The translations under genes were made by a program, and so were the position numbers. This document shows positions 47,204-57,452 of a stretch of DNA of 64,000 bases, piece after piece. The DNA lies in contig JABURP010000067.1 of assembly GCA_014762645.1 (NCBI GenBank), positions 10,926 to 74,925 of the forward strand, given 5' to 3'. The DNA comes from Crocinitomicaceae bacterium (GTDB taxonomy: Bacteria; Bacteroidota; Bacteroidia; Flavobacteriales_D; Crocinitomicaceae). The number at the start of each line of letters is the position of its first letter. Position 1 is the stretch's first letter. Under the pieces are notes generated by a model. The model was given only the letters and a program-made list of their open reading frames with translations. It had not been told where the DNA came from and made no database searches.

Positions 47204-47945
47204 GACCTGGGATTAAATATCCATAATTTTGTAAGATATCTATAGCCGGATCGGAAAATAAAAATTCGTAGAACTTTCTGGCAGCTTCTTTTTTATCCGA
47301 GTTTTTAATGATCACAGCCGCTTGTTCAATGGGGTCATGATCAGTATTATCCACAGCTATCCAGTTACCCGTATTTTTCATCTTTTCACTACTAATGGTA
47401 GAATAAGATGTAAAACCAACATCTACAGCCTTTGTCGTAATCAGGTGATTACATTGCGAAATGCTTTCGGCGTATACCAGCTTGGGCAGTACAGCATCAT
47501 AGATCCCTTCATTTTTCAGCACACTCACTGCGGCTTCTCCGTAAGGCGCATGTTTTGGGTTGGCAATTGCAATTTTTTCAATAGCACCTGATGTCAGGGA
47601 ATCCAAACTGGGAATAAAGTTTTTGCAGGTCCACAGAACCAATCTCCCATGAGCGTATACTTTTGGTTCGTCCTCCGTGAGGTTTTTATCAAACAAGTAT
47701 TGCGGGTATTTCGTATTTGCAGAAATAAATACATCATACGGTGCACCCTGCTCAATTTGCGCAGAAAGTTTCCCGGACGATCCAATAATCAGATCAATTG
47801 CAATTCCTTCTTCTTTCTCAAATTTATCCTGGATTTCCTCAACAGCGAACTGCATATTGGCAGAAGTAGCGACAACAAGTTTTGACTTATTACTACATCC
47901 AATAAGTACAAAAACAGCTAGTATTGAGTAAACAATTTGACGCAT
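47196..47945 (-). CDS. modA: Molybdate-binding periplasmic lipoprotein
   Basis: Lipobox (VLIGC), VATSANM, YDVFISANTKYP. Confidence 0.85.
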   Translation of the reverse strand: MRQIVYSILAVFVLIGCSNKSKLVVATSANMQFAVEEIQDKFEKEEGIAIDLIIGSSGKLSAQIEQGAPYDVFISANTKYPQYLFDKNLTEDEPKVYAHGRLVLWTCKNFIPSLDSLTSGAIEKIAIANPKHAPYGEAAVSVLKNEGIYDAVLPKLVYAESISQCNHLITTKAVDVGFTSYSTISSEKMKNTGNWIAVDNTDHDPIEQAAVIIKNSDKKEAARKFYEFLFSDPAIDILQNYGYLIPGHE

Positions 47946-47971
47946 TTCCAGTTGAACTTAAGAGTCAAAGA

Positions 47972-47992
47972 TATTCTATTCCTATTAGAATA
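47972..47992. promoter_or_regulatory. Candidate operator palindrome TATTCTA-N7-TAGAATA abutting the modA -7 box
   Basis: 7-bp perfect arms. A perfect minus-strand TATCTTTG (47966-47973) overlaps its proximal edge. It lies 27 bp upstream of modA. Confidence 0.35.
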
Positions 47993-48011
47993 AGTTGCAA
48001 ACCATTTAAAG

Positions 48012-48039
48012 AAAAAACTGCCCTACCAGAGTAGAGCAG
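48012..48039 (-). terminator. Rho-independent terminator after the nar operon
   Basis: On the minus strand, a 9-bp stem CTGCTCTAC / GTAGGGCAG (one G-U pair), 4-nt loop, then TTTTTT. Confidence 0.7.
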
Positions 48040-48065
48040 TTCAGATGATAAGAATACCAGGAATA

Positions 48066-49493
48066 TTAATGATTCCTTGGTCTTTTCCCTATGTTATGTC
48101 TGCTAGTGTGTCTCATGGCTTTTCTATCCCAGTTCCAAATAACCACCTGGTATTTTCTCCATAGATAATCAATAGGAGCAACCAAAAAGTGCATAAACCT
48201 GCTGAACGGGATTATGGCTATGATTAAGAATGCCGAGACAACGTGAATCTGTACCCACATAGGTGCAACTGAAATCGCTTCAATGTCTGGGTTAAATGAA
48301 AATATCGATCTCAAATAAGGCGTAAGGACACTGGCAAACCAGGTTGAACCCCATCTTACAAAGAAGGCAACACTTAATCCGGATACGATCTGAATCATAA
48401 GTACAGTGTATACCATCATATCCATTCGGTTAGCCACAACTTGCAAGCTTCGTGTGGTCAATCTTCTTTTTATTAATAGTATTAATCCCAGTAAAGCGGC
48501 TAACCCAAATGCAAATGAACTGATTTCAAGGATTAACAATCGTACTGGATGTCCATTAAATGCTATTAAGGTTGACGGGAACAAGAAGGCTATTAAGTGA
48601 CCAAAGAACAAGATGATAAGTCCCCAGTGAAATGGTTGTGATCCCCAGAACAACTTTTTACCCTCAAGAAATTGAGTTGACAATGAGGATACTTTAAATC
48701 CGTTCTTGGTATATCGGTAAATAGACCCAATGATGAAAATAGCGAAGGCAACATAAGGGAATACGGCAAACATAATTCCATTTAATTGCCCTGTATTATT
48801 CTGTAATCCGATCGATAACAAATAAAACAGCCCCACCATAATCCCAAGGATTCCAGCAAAAAGCACCACATAATTCCTTGTAGCATGAGCTTCAGGAGCT
48901 ATACCAAGTTCCATTAATCGTTTTTTCGTATTTCTGATCATTCTGAATACGAAGAACAGGATAACCGCCATGATCAATATTGTCCATTTGATCGCCGTTT
49001 TTTCCCCTTCCGTTAACAATGGTTCATCTGCCTCAGCAGCTGTTGCAGTTGTAGCTGTCGCTTCTCCTCCTCCTGCATCTGCTGGTGCAGCAACTTCTAA
49101 ATAATCAATGATGCTTACAACCTCAGCTTCTGATAACTGGGTAAAAGGAGGCATCATCATTTTATTGTAGTCCTCATAAACCTGTACGGCATCCGGGTCT
49201 CCAGAATTAATTAATTCAGTTGAATTAGTAATCCATGAAACGAGCCATTCTTTGGATCTTTTTTCAGTGATTCCTGCCAATCCCGGTCCGGTTGATTCCG
49301 TAGAAGATAAAAGGTGACATGAATTACAGTATGTTTTAAACAGTTCTTCACCTGACTGCGCATTAGTGCTATTAGAGATGAAAAAACACGAAATGGTCAA
49401 TACCAAAAACGAATAGAATCGTTTATTTACAATTGATCGGAATTTATAACTAGACATAACGTTCACTTTTTTATTTATTTTACAACTGCTCAT
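48066..49493 (-). CDS. narI: Fusion of a periplasmic monoheme cytochrome c domain, two extra TM helices and the nitrate reductase gamma subunit (NarI)
   Basis: Signal peptide, CNSCH heme site with a MMMPPF Met region, Ala/Thr-rich linker. The NarI core then aligns to the recalled E. coli NarI (FPYVAFAIFIIGSIYRY, PFHWGLIILFFGHLIAFLFP, IIPFSRFMHFLVAPIDYLWRKYQ). The start may be Met13 (49457). Confidence 0.8.
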   Translation of the reverse strand: MSSCKINKKVNVMSSYKFRSIVNKRFYSFLVLTISCFFISNSTNAQSGEELFKTYCNSCHLLSSTESTGPGLAGITEKRSKEWLVSWITNSTELINSGDPDAVQVYEDYNKMMMPPFTQLSEAEVVSIIDYLEVAAPADAGGGEATATTATAAEADEPLLTEGEKTAIKWTILIMAVILFFVFRMIRNTKKRLMELGIAPEAHATRNYVVLFAGILGIMVGLFYLLSIGLQNNTGQLNGIMFAVFPYVAFAIFIIGSIYRYTKNGFKVSSLSTQFLEGKKLFWGSQPFHWGLIILFFGHLIAFLFPSTLIAFNGHPVRLLILEISSFAFGLAALLGLILLIKRRLTTRSLQVVANRMDMMVYTVLMIQIVSGLSVAFFVRWGSTWFASVLTPYLRSIFSFNPDIEAISVAPMWVQIHVVSAFLIIAIIPFSRFMHFLVAPIDYLWRKYQVVIWNWDRKAMRHTSRHNIGKRPRNH

Positions 49494-49497
49494 GCGA

Positions 49498-50184
49498 TTA
49501 TTTTTTATCTGATGGTTTCGATTCTACACATGACCCTTCGCAATTCGGCAAGAACGAACTCAAAGGATCTGCATTAATCTCTTTTCCTTCGAACTCACTT
49601 ACCTGAAAATCTATCTGCAGAACACTCAAGGTTGCTTCAATAGCATACTTGTAGATATTTCTGTTTTGTAGATTTTCCTGAATCACCACCTTTTGTTTCT
49701 TTTTGCGTACTTTATCTTTTAGTTGCATTCTTGCGGTGTCAAACTCTTTCACCATCATTTCAAGAGCAGGTATGTACATTCTGACCACAAGCTCTTCTTT
49801 AAAGGCCTCATCTTCAATCAGAGGAAGCAATGTCAACGCATTAGGTAAATTATCCGCTAACTCGACACCACAATCATTATTCACCTTGCGTTGCTCATTT
49901 TTCATTTGCACCAAAAACTCCCCTCTCTTATAGTCCTCAGCAAATAGCACATATCCCAGATCCAAATAGCATATTGCCTGAATATGAAATGTCTTACCAA
50001 ATAGTTCTTCTATCTCAATTAAGCTCATGGTGTTAATCACCTCAACAAATGGAAGAACCTGTTGATAAACTCCCGGATAGTGCTCCTTTAAGTAAGATGC
50101 GCACTCATTCACCTGTTCAACATATCCTTCTTGAGGATAGCGGAACAAGTTGGCCAGCAGGTTATATTGATTTTGTTTATTCAT
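49498..50184 (-). CDS. narJ: NarJ/TorD-like nitrate reductase assembly chaperone
   Basis: LLANLFRYPQEGY, ELFGKTF, LADNLPNALTLLPL; positioned between narH and narI. Confidence 0.7.
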   Translation of the reverse strand: MNKQNQYNLLANLFRYPQEGYVEQVNECASYLKEHYPGVYQQVLPFVEVINTMSLIEIEELFGKTFHIQAICYLDLGYVLFAEDYKRGEFLVQMKNEQRKVNNDCGVELADNLPNALTLLPLIEDEAFKEELVVRMYIPALEMMVKEFDTARMQLKDKVRKKKQKVVIQENLQNRNIYKYAIEATLSVLQIDFQVSEFEGKEINADPLSSFLPNCEGSCVESKPSDKK

Positions 50185-50203
50185 ATTAGTTTCAAATTAA
50201 CGC

Positions 50204-51697
50204 CTATACGCCTCTGGCTGGTTTTTCTTTAAATCCAAACCCTGTTTCACCTTTGGCATCAGCTGTTGCTTCTAGCATTTCAATTGATTCTTCACGGTGT
50301 GCCGGAGGAATCACAAAGCGCTCTTCAAAAGTGGCCAGAGATGTCAAACGGAAAATTGCGTTTGCTGTATCCTTATCAACTTTAGCATTCGCCATAAGCT
50401 CAGCAACTTCATCTTTAGACAAGTCTCCCACTGTTTCGTTTCTTCTGTGATATTTAACACTCAACAATTTTTGGTACACTTCCGTGATTACCTGTGTGTC
50501 TCCATTTGAGAATAGAGATGCTAGATACTTCACCGGCACCCTGTTTTGATCCACTTTAGGGAACAAGTCAGTAGAAGCAGTTTGATAGTTTGAGTTCTCG
50601 TCAACCTGTGCCATTGCCGGTAGCATTGGCGGTACATAAAACAAGTTAGGTAGTGTTCTGAACTCAGGGTGAAGCGGTAATGCTATTCCCCATTTTTTCA
50701 CAAACTTATATACTGGTGAATCCTGGGCAGCTTTAATCGTAGAATCATGAATTCCATTTTTTCTAGCCGCTTCAATCACTTTTGGATTGGTAGGATCAAC
50801 ATAAATATCCAACTGGCTTTGTAGTAAATCATTATCCGAAGCGTTAGCTACTTCATGAATTTTAGAAGCATCATATAGCATTACACCCAGGTATCTGATT
50901 CGGCCTACACAAGAGTGCATACAAGCCGGTGCTTGTCCAGACTCCAATCTTGGATAGCACAGGATACATTTTTCAGATTTACCGGTATGCCAGTTGTAGT
51001 ATGATTTTTTATACGGGCAAGCTGTCACACACATTCTCCAGGCTCTACATCTCTCCTGATTAATTAGTACAACTCCATCTTCACCTCTCTTGTACAAAGC
51101 TCCGGACGGGCATGAAGCAACACAAGCAGGGTTTAGACAGTGATTACAAATACGCGGTAAATAGTGCAACGTCATTTTCTCTAACTGGAACATAGCTTCT
51201 TGCTCTGAACCTGTCAGGTCTTTAAAGTTGACATCATTTCTTGCGTAGTCAGGTGATCCACCTAAATCATCATCCCAGTTGGGTCCTGATTTAATATCAA
51301 TTGGTTCACCAGTGATCAGTGACACTGCCCTACCGATTGGCTGATCATTTCCTTCAGGTGCAGTGAAAAGATCACTGTATTTATAACACCATGGGTGGTA
51401 ATAATCTTCCAACACTGGCATATTTGGGTTGTGAAAGATGTTCTTCAGGCCTTTTAATTTACCAGCACCTTTCAGCACCAGCTTGTCGCCTTTTTTCTCC
51501 CATCCACCTTTGTAAATATCCTGATCTTCCCACTTGGTAGGATAACCAGTTCCCGGTTTTGTTTCTACGTTATTCCACCACATGTATTCCGCACCTCTTC
51601 TGTCCGTCCAAACGTTTTTACATGCGACCGAGCAGGTATGACATCCGATACACTTATCGAGATGAAAAACCATTGAAACTTGTGCCCTAATATCCAT
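50204..51697 (-). CDS. narH: Respiratory nitrate reductase beta subunit
   Basis: CIGCHTCSVACKNVW, CNHCLNPACVASCPSGA, CRAWRMCVTACPYKK, CILCYPR. Confidence 0.95.
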   Translation of the reverse strand: MDIRAQVSMVFHLDKCIGCHTCSVACKNVWTDRRGAEYMWWNNVETKPGTGYPTKWEDQDIYKGGWEKKGDKLVLKGAGKLKGLKNIFHNPNMPVLEDYYHPWCYKYSDLFTAPEGNDQPIGRAVSLITGEPIDIKSGPNWDDDLGGSPDYARNDVNFKDLTGSEQEAMFQLEKMTLHYLPRICNHCLNPACVASCPSGALYKRGEDGVVLINQERCRAWRMCVTACPYKKSYYNWHTGKSEKCILCYPRLESGQAPACMHSCVGRIRYLGVMLYDASKIHEVANASDNDLLQSQLDIYVDPTNPKVIEAARKNGIHDSTIKAAQDSPVYKFVKKWGIALPLHPEFRTLPNLFYVPPMLPAMAQVDENSNYQTASTDLFPKVDQNRVPVKYLASLFSNGDTQVITEVYQKLLSVKYHRRNETVGDLSKDEVAELMANAKVDKDTANAIFRLTSLATFEERFVIPPAHREESIEMLEATADAKGETGFGFKEKPARGV

Positions 51698-51721
51698 AAT
51701 CTTTGATTTAATCTGTACTAA

Positions 51722-54700
51722 TTAGTATTCTACTTTGTCCATTTTTCTCACCAATACGTGAGTATCTCTATTCACCCCTACAGGTCCCCAATAATTGAAG
51801 TGGTATGTAAACTGTCCGTAACCACCACACATTAGATTCGGTTTAAGGTGAACCCGGGTAAATGAGTTATTCATTCCTCCTCGTCTTGGCTCTCCATTTT
51901 TACCTCGTCTAATTTGAGACTTCGGTATGTTGTAGGTTCTTTCTACAGCGTGATACACGATACATACTCCTTTCGGAATTCGTGCACTCACACAAGCTCG
52001 TGCTACGTACACACCATGGTCATTATATACCTCAACGTGATCGTTGTCTTTAATTCCGAGTTCTTCTGCATCTTTTTCACTCATCCAGCATGGTTCGTTA
52101 CCCCTTGATAAGGTTAACATTCGCAGGGTATCACCATAAGTTGAGTGGATGTGCCATTTACCGTGAGGTGTAAGACAGTTCAACATTTTTGCTTTACCGT
52201 CATTCACTGTTTTTCTCAAATCTCCGTACGCTTCCGGAGTTGGAGATGGCTTATACGTTGACAGGTGTTCACCAAATGCTATATAAGCGTCATGATCCAG
52301 GTAAAAGTGCTGACGTCCGGTTAGGGTTCGCCATGGCACAAACATGTCTACATTGTAGGTGTAGGCCGCGTAGGTTCTTCCCTCATGCATTAACCCTGAC
52401 CAAAGAGGTGAGGAATTATACCTTTTGGGTTGTGCCTGTAAATCGCGGTACTCAATATTCACCTCCAAATACGGTTCTCCCAGCTCAGCTATTTCCTTCA
52501 CACCAATCTTCTCTGACATGTTTTTGTAACATCTGTCAGCAAGTGTACCATTGGTTAAGGTGGATAGTTTTAAAATGGCGTTGATTGCTTCCGTATCATC
52601 TTTCAAAGAAGGATACTCTGTACCATCATCCCATTTTTGAATGTGTTGTCTGTGCGCCAACATCTCTTCGTAAACATCTTCACACATGTAGTGATTTCCG
52701 TGCGCTCCCAGTCCATTTTCTGCAACACCTTTTCCAAGAGAAATAAACTTATCATAGATCTTCGTATAATCTCTCTCTTTGAAAACAATCTTATGCATTG
52801 TTTTACCAGGAATTGCTTCACACTCTCCTTTGTACCAATCTTTCAATTCCGGTTGACTGATCTCATCTTTTGAATCGTGCGATAGTGGTTGATTCACCAC
52901 ATCTTTCATCACATTCGGAAGATATTTAGGCGCCATTTCCTGAACTTTCTTTGCAAGTCCCTGGAAAATTTGCCAGTCAGTTTTAGCTTCCCACACCGGA
53001 GGAATCGCCTCTGAAAGTGGGTGGATGAAAGAGTGCATATCGGTTGAGTTGATATCCGCTTTCTCGTACCATGAAGCTGTTGGTAAAACAATGTCAGAAT
53101 ACAAGGCTGAAGTATCCATTCTAAAGTTGATATCAATCACCAGGTCCATTTTACCTCTGGCACCTTCTTTCTTAAATTCGATATCTTCAACAATGTCTCC
53201 AGCTACTTCATCTGCAATTTTGTTGGTATGCGTTCCCAGATAGTGATCCAGGAAGTATTCATGCCCTTTTGCTGAAGTACCAATGGCATTCCCTCTCCAG
53301 ATAAACCAAACTCTTGGGAAGTTTATTTCTTCATCAGGTTGAACAACTGAGTGTTTCAAATCACCTGATTTAAGTTGATTTACAATATATTCTCTCTTTT
53401 CATCATCCGTAGAACAACCAGCAGCTTCTGCATCTTTTATAATATCAAAATTGCTTTTGTTGTACTGAGGATAGTACGGCATCCAACCATTCCTAACTGC
53501 CTTCACACACCAGTCTGCAGAGTGCAGATTAGCTAATTTATTATCTGGCGAGCTGTTGTAGTATTTCTGGTTACCGTCGTATCTCCACTGGCTTGAATTA
53601 ATGTAGTGCCAAATTGGTCCTTGTTGTAGTCTTGGAGCTGTACCCCAATCTTTAGAACTCATAATGGTTGACCACGAATCCATTGGTGCCAGTTTCTCCT
53701 GACCAACATAGTGGTTCATTCCACCACCATTTTTACCGTTACATCCGGTAAGCATTTGGGCCATGATCGCAGAACGATACATTAAATTGTTATGGAACCA
53801 GTGGTTAATGGCGGCTCCTACAATCACCATACAAGCACCTTCTGTTGATTCAGCTGTACTTGCCCATTCACGCGCTAACTGAATCACTTCTTTACGACCA
53901 ATTCCCGTAAATATTTCTTGCCATGCAGGTGTGTACGCCTGGTCTTTATCATCATACGAAGTTGGATAAGCACCTTCCAGTCCTCTGCCAACACCATACT
54001 GTGCCATTGTTACATCATAGATAGTTGTTACCGGAATCTTTTCACCATCATTTGTGGTGATATATTTTACCGGAACTCCTCTCATCACTTTTTGATCCAA
54101 TCCGTACTCTGTAAATTCAACCTGAAGAACATCTTCTTTCGAATCAATTAGCGTCAACTCCGGATCGTACTCGTTACCTGATTCACCATCTTTGAAATTC
54201 AGGTTCCATTTACCTTTTTCATCCTGCCATCTGTATCCTGATGTTCCCATTGGAGATACAAGGCCACCACTTTTCGAATCAAAATTCAAAAATTTCCAGT
54301 CACCGTTTTCAGCATCTTTAAACTGAGACACCTCATTGGCACGAACCATTCTTCCTGGTAGGTATTTATCTCCTTCTTTATTTAATTTGATAAGGAAAGG
54401 ACAATCTGTAAACCTTTTCACGTAGTCCATGAAGTAAGGCACTTGTCTGTCAACGTGGAACTCTTTAAGAATTACATGTGTGACCGCCATCCAGAACGCA
54501 CCGTCTGATCCCTGGTGAACAGGAATCCACTGATCAGCATGTTTAGCCACCATACTAAAGTCAGGTGACATAACCACTGTTTTGGTTCCGTTGTGTCTTG
54601 CCTCAGAGAAGAAGTGAATATCTGGTGTTCTTGTCATCCCCAGGTTAGCACCCATGGATACAATGAACTTGGATTTGTACCAGTCAGCAGATTCACAAAC

Positions 54701-55363
54701 ATCCGTTTGTTCTCCCCAAATTTCAGGGAATGCATTCGGTAAGTCACAATACCAGTCATAGAAACTCAGGTTAACACCTCCCATTAATTGAAGGTATCGA
54801 GCTCCTGAAGCATAACTTAACATACTCATAGCCGGAATCGGTGAGAAACCAATCAACCTATCTGGCCCATATTTTTGAATGGTATAGATATTTGAAGCTG
54901 CAATTAGCTCAGTTATCTCATCCCAGTGAACTCTTCTAAATCCACCTTTACCTCTTGCATTTTGATATCTCTTTCTGTTGTTTGGACTTGCTTGTAAGTT
55001 AGCCCATGCCTGAACCGGATCTCCTCCTGCTTTTTCTTTTTCCTCTCTAAAAAGGTCTATCAAAGCTCCTCTTACAATTGGGTACTTCACCCTAATCGGG
55101 CTATATAAATACCAGGAATAAGAAATCCCTCTTTGACATCCTCTAGGCTCATACGGAGGAACCTCTTTGTTGAACTGAGGATAGTCAAGTTGTTGTAGTT
55201 CCCATACGACAATACCATCTTTTACGTGAATTGCCCATGAACATCCACCAGTACAGTTTACACCATGAGTACTTCTGACAACTTTGTCATACTGCCATCT
55301 GTTGCGGTAGAACTCTTCCCATTTACGGGTTTTAGGTGATATTATATCTTCGATCCAACTCAT
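51722..55363 (-). CDS. narG: Respiratory nitrate reductase alpha subunit (cytoplasm-facing type, no Tat signal)
   Basis: 1213 aa. FS0 motif [11 protein letters not shown]. The N-terminus ([27 protein letters not shown]) lacks an RRxF twin-arginine motif. Confidence 0.95.
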   Translation of the reverse strand: MSWIEDIISPKTRKWEEFYRNRWQYDKVVRSTHGVNCTGGCSWAIHVKDGIVVWELQQLDYPQFNKEVPPYEPRGCQRGISYSWYLYSPIRVKYPIVRGALIDLFREEKEKAGGDPVQAWANLQASPNNRKRYQNARGKGGFRRVHWDEITELIAASNIYTIQKYGPDRLIGFSPIPAMSMLSYASGARYLQLMGGVNLSFYDWYCDLPNAFPEIWGEQTDVCESADWYKSKFIVSMGANLGMTRTPDIHFFSEARHNGTKTVVMSPDFSMVAKHADQWIPVHQGSDGAFWMAVTHVILKEFHVDRQVPYFMDYVKRFTDCPFLIKLNKEGDKYLPGRMVRANEVSQFKDAENGDWKFLNFDSKSGGLVSPMGTSGYRWQDEKGKWNLNFKDGESGNEYDPELTLIDSKEDVLQVEFTEYGLDQKVMRGVPVKYITTNDGEKIPVTTIYDVTMAQYGVGRGLEGAYPTSYDDKDQAYTPAWQEIFTGIGRKEVIQLAREWASTAESTEGACMVIVGAAINHWFHNNLMYRSAIMAQMLTGCNGKNGGGMNHYVGQEKLAPMDSWSTIMSSKDWGTAPRLQQGPIWHYINSSQWRYDGNQKYYNSSPDNKLANLHSADWCVKAVRNGWMPYYPQYNKSNFDIIKDAEAAGCSTDDEKREYIVNQLKSGDLKHSVVQPDEEINFPRVWFIWRGNAIGTSAKGHEYFLDHYLGTHTNKIADEVAGDIVEDIEFKKEGARGKMDLVIDINFRMDTSALYSDIVLPTASWYEKADINSTDMHSFIHPLSEAIPPVWEAKTDWQIFQGLAKKVQEMAPKYLPNVMKDVVNQPLSHDSKDEISQPELKDWYKGECEAIPGKTMHKIVFKERDYTKIYDKFISLGKGVAENGLGAHGNHYMCEDVYEEMLAHRQHIQKWDDGTEYPSLKDDTEAINAILKLSTLTNGTLADRCYKNMSEKIGVKEIAELGEPYLEVNIEYRDLQAQPKRYNSSPLWSGLMHEGRTYAAYTYNVDMFVPWRTLTGRQHFYLDHDAYIAFGEHLSTYKPSPTPEAYGDLRKTVNDGKAKMLNCLTPHGKWHIHSTYGDTLRMLTLSRGNEPCWMSEKDAEELGIKDNDHVEVYNDHGVYVARACVSARIPKGVCIVYHAVERTYNIPKSQIRRGKNGEPRRGGMNNSFTRVHLKPNLMCGGYGQFTYHFNYWGPVGVNRDTHVLVRKMDKVEY

Positions 55364-55392
55364 AATTGTTGTATATTAATGTTCGTATTGAA

Positions 55393-56067
55393 TTAAAATT
55401 TTGCGTCCCAGGCCTTACTTTGCCTTTTGAAAATTGCTTGTTTCGTCATTCTTCTTTTTCTTTTCATCCAGAGTATCTGTATCAATCCTAAAATGACCAA
55501 CAGACCGAAACCACCTCCGAAATAAAACAGCTCGTTACCATTAGCTACTGTTGCTGCTTCACTGTCATTTTTATTTTCAAGCGTTTCTTTAAAAAATGCT
55601 GTTAAATCAACCCTTTCTTGTTCGGTTAATGGGTTATCGGTATAAGATGATGCCATGGCAGGAAAAGGAGGAGCCATTAACCATCCGATTAAACCGTCTC
55701 CGAGTCGTTCATAAACATCTGTCAAATCCTTTGCAAATAACCCACCAGGAATTACACCTTCAGCATTCACATTATGACAGGTAACACAAGCAGGGCCGCC
55801 TTCAGCAAATCGCTCTTCACCTTGAAATAGTGCCTTGCCATTTTCAGCATCTGGAATTAGAATTACGGTCTCTTCTACAGTTGCCGTTTCATCCGCGACT
55901 ACCGCTGTTTCATTTGTGGTTTCATCAGTGTTTTCAACTACTGCAGTGTCATTCTCTGTTGTAACACTATCACCATCATCCTGTGAGAAAACGGTGGTGC
56001 TTAACATAAGAGCCGATACTATAATTGCAACTCGCATAAAAGCATTTAAGGACTTAGCTCGTTTCAT
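55393..56067 (-). CDS. Membrane-anchored monoheme cytochrome c, first gene of the nar operon (NarC-like position)
   Basis: Signal peptide, acidic Thr/Glu/Val-rich linker, a single CVTCH, Met-containing PFPAMAS, C-terminal TM anchor (FGLLVILGLIQILWM). Confidence 0.75.
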   Translation of the reverse strand: MKRAKSLNAFMRVAIIVSALMLSTTVFSQDDGDSVTTENDTAVVENTDETTNETAVVADETATVEETVILIPDAENGKALFQGEERFAEGGPACVTCHNVNAEGVIPGGLFAKDLTDVYERLGDGLIGWLMAPPFPAMASSYTDNPLTEQERVDLTAFFKETLENKNDSEAATVANGNELFYFGGGFGLLVILGLIQILWMKRKRRMTKQAIFKRQSKAWDAKF

Positions 56068-56140
56068 ATTTATTTGATTAAAATTGATATCTAACTATTG
56101 TTTGTTAGAACAAATTTCCCCTATAAACATGACTGAGAAA

Positions 56141-56154
56141 ATGATATATATCAT
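56141..56154. promoter_or_regulatory. FNR-type box ATGATATATATCAT upstream of the nar operon
   Basis: Perfect match. A minus-strand GAAATTTG (56111-56118) lies 33.5 bp from the dyad centre. It is 74 bp upstream of the start at 56067. Confidence 0.7.
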
Positions 56155-56555
56155 AAATTTCATGAATAATATCAGTTTTCGCATAACCAGTTGTTTATTA
56201 GTTAAATGCGAACAATCTAATGGGATGAGTTCAAGAAATTTTTTTTGATTTAGCGTGAAGATTTCATCATTTCACAGGAAAAAATGGGCCATTTGAAATC
56301 AAAAAAAACAGCAAAATGATGTTTATAATTGGCCGAAAGTAGTTCTCAAGAGAAAATTAACACCATGAGTACGGCGAATTCTTGTATCACCACTTTACGG
56401 TGACAAGAGACTAAGGTATTATTGATCTAACCATTTGTAATTCAGAGGTTAATTGACGTACTTATCCAACTGGGAATTTCAATACTATCTACTTTAACTA
56501 AGCCTGGGTGGCTGGCCATAACCCCTGAGTAGCAAGCACGATCACATATAATAGC

Positions 56556-56569
56556 ATGATTTAGATCAT
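56556..56569. promoter_or_regulatory. FNR-type box ATGATTTAGATCAT overlapping the stop codon of the sugar reductase gene
   Basis: Perfect match but no -7 box at the standard spacing. It lies about 490 bp upstream of the nar operon. Confidence 0.35.
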
Positions 56570-57441
56570 GAGGTTTTATACCTCATATAATCGTCTACAT
56601 TTGAAAATCTATAATCCGGATACTCGGACAAGAATTTTTCAGAAATGTGCCCGCTCATTAATGGTCTGGCTGCTGCCTGACCGAGTTCATTTGTGTTCTT
56701 ACCAATAACAGTGCATTTATGATTTGGCAAATAACTAAGAACCTTGTGTGCCAATTGAACCCGATTCATAAAATCGGTGCTACCGATATGATAAATACCC
56801 GATTTTTTATCCTCTGCTAATAGGACAGCTGCCCCAGCGACATCCATAGCCCAGACTGGTGTTGCGTATTGGTCTTGCGGTAAGTTCATGGTCCATTCGC
56901 GATTATCTTTTACATCATTAATAATACGTATGATAAAATTTTTCCCGCGAATTTCATCACCATAAACTCCACATATTCGAAGAATAATGCCATTGTCTGG
57001 CAACTCTTTCTGGATTAATTCTTCAACGAGAAGTTTGTGTTTACCATATACACTAAGTGGGTTTACATCATCTGTCTCTACATAAGGTCCGGATGTACCA
57101 TCAAACACATAATCAGTAGAAGTATAAACTATGCCAGCATTAAGTTGTTTGCAAAGCTCTACTAAATTCTTTGCTGTGCTCACTGTTTTCTCGTAACTCT
57201 CGTCTTCGTTAGCTTCACAATAATCGACATTGGCCAAAGCGGCACAATGCACGACAACATCCGGCTGATAATTTTTTACATCAAAATTTTGCGGATTGTC
57301 TAGATCAAGGGCATCAAAATATACTGTATCATCAGTTGGTAAAGTAAGATGTGTTCCTACTACTTCGTGTCCTTTTTCTTTTAAGTGTTTTACAAAACTA
57401 CCTCCGACCAGGCCTGAGGCACCAACAATAAAAAACTTCAT
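56566..57441 (-). CDS. RmlD-like NAD(P)-dependent sugar-nucleotide reductase (SDR)
   Basis: MKFFIVGASGLVGG Rossmann motif, VYGKHK catalytic YxxxK; 291 aa. Confidence 0.7.
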   Translation of the reverse strand: MKFFIVGASGLVGGSFVKHLKEKGHEVVGTHLTLPTDDTVYFDALDLDNPQNFDVKNYQPDVVVHCAALANVDYCEANEDESYEKTVSTAKNLVELCKQLNAGIVYTSTDYVFDGTSGPYVETDDVNPLSVYGKHKLLVEELIQKELPDNGIILRICGVYGDEIRGKNFIIRIINDVKDNREWTMNLPQDQYATPVWAMDVAGAAVLLAEDKKSGIYHIGSTDFMNRVQLAHKVLSYLPNHKCTVIGKNTNELGQAAARPLMSGHISEKFLSEYPDYRFSNVDDYMRYKTS

Positions 57442-57452
57442 GTCGTTTGAAT

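Noticed and set aside
47946-48065. A Moco riboswitch upstream of modA, moaA or the nar operon.
   Set aside because: I cannot reproduce the Moco RNA motif consensus from memory well enough to call it. The leaders are short (modA, moaA unit) or lack obvious multi-stem structure. This needs an Rfam scan.
51722-55363. A periplasm-facing (Tat-exported) nitrate reductase, suggested by the surrounding c-type cytochromes.
   Set aside because: The NarG N-terminus has no twin-arginine motif and starts directly with the cytoplasmic-type FS0 region. Two NarK-type transporters are also present.
55835-55990. A repetitive acidic Thr/Glu/Val-rich stretch in the NarC-like cytochrome, considered as a possible tandem-repeat element, together with the overlapping plus-strand ORF 55835-56077.
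   Set aside because: It looks like a low-complexity periplasmic linker with no exact DNA tandem unit. The antisense ORF is a by-product of the biased composition.
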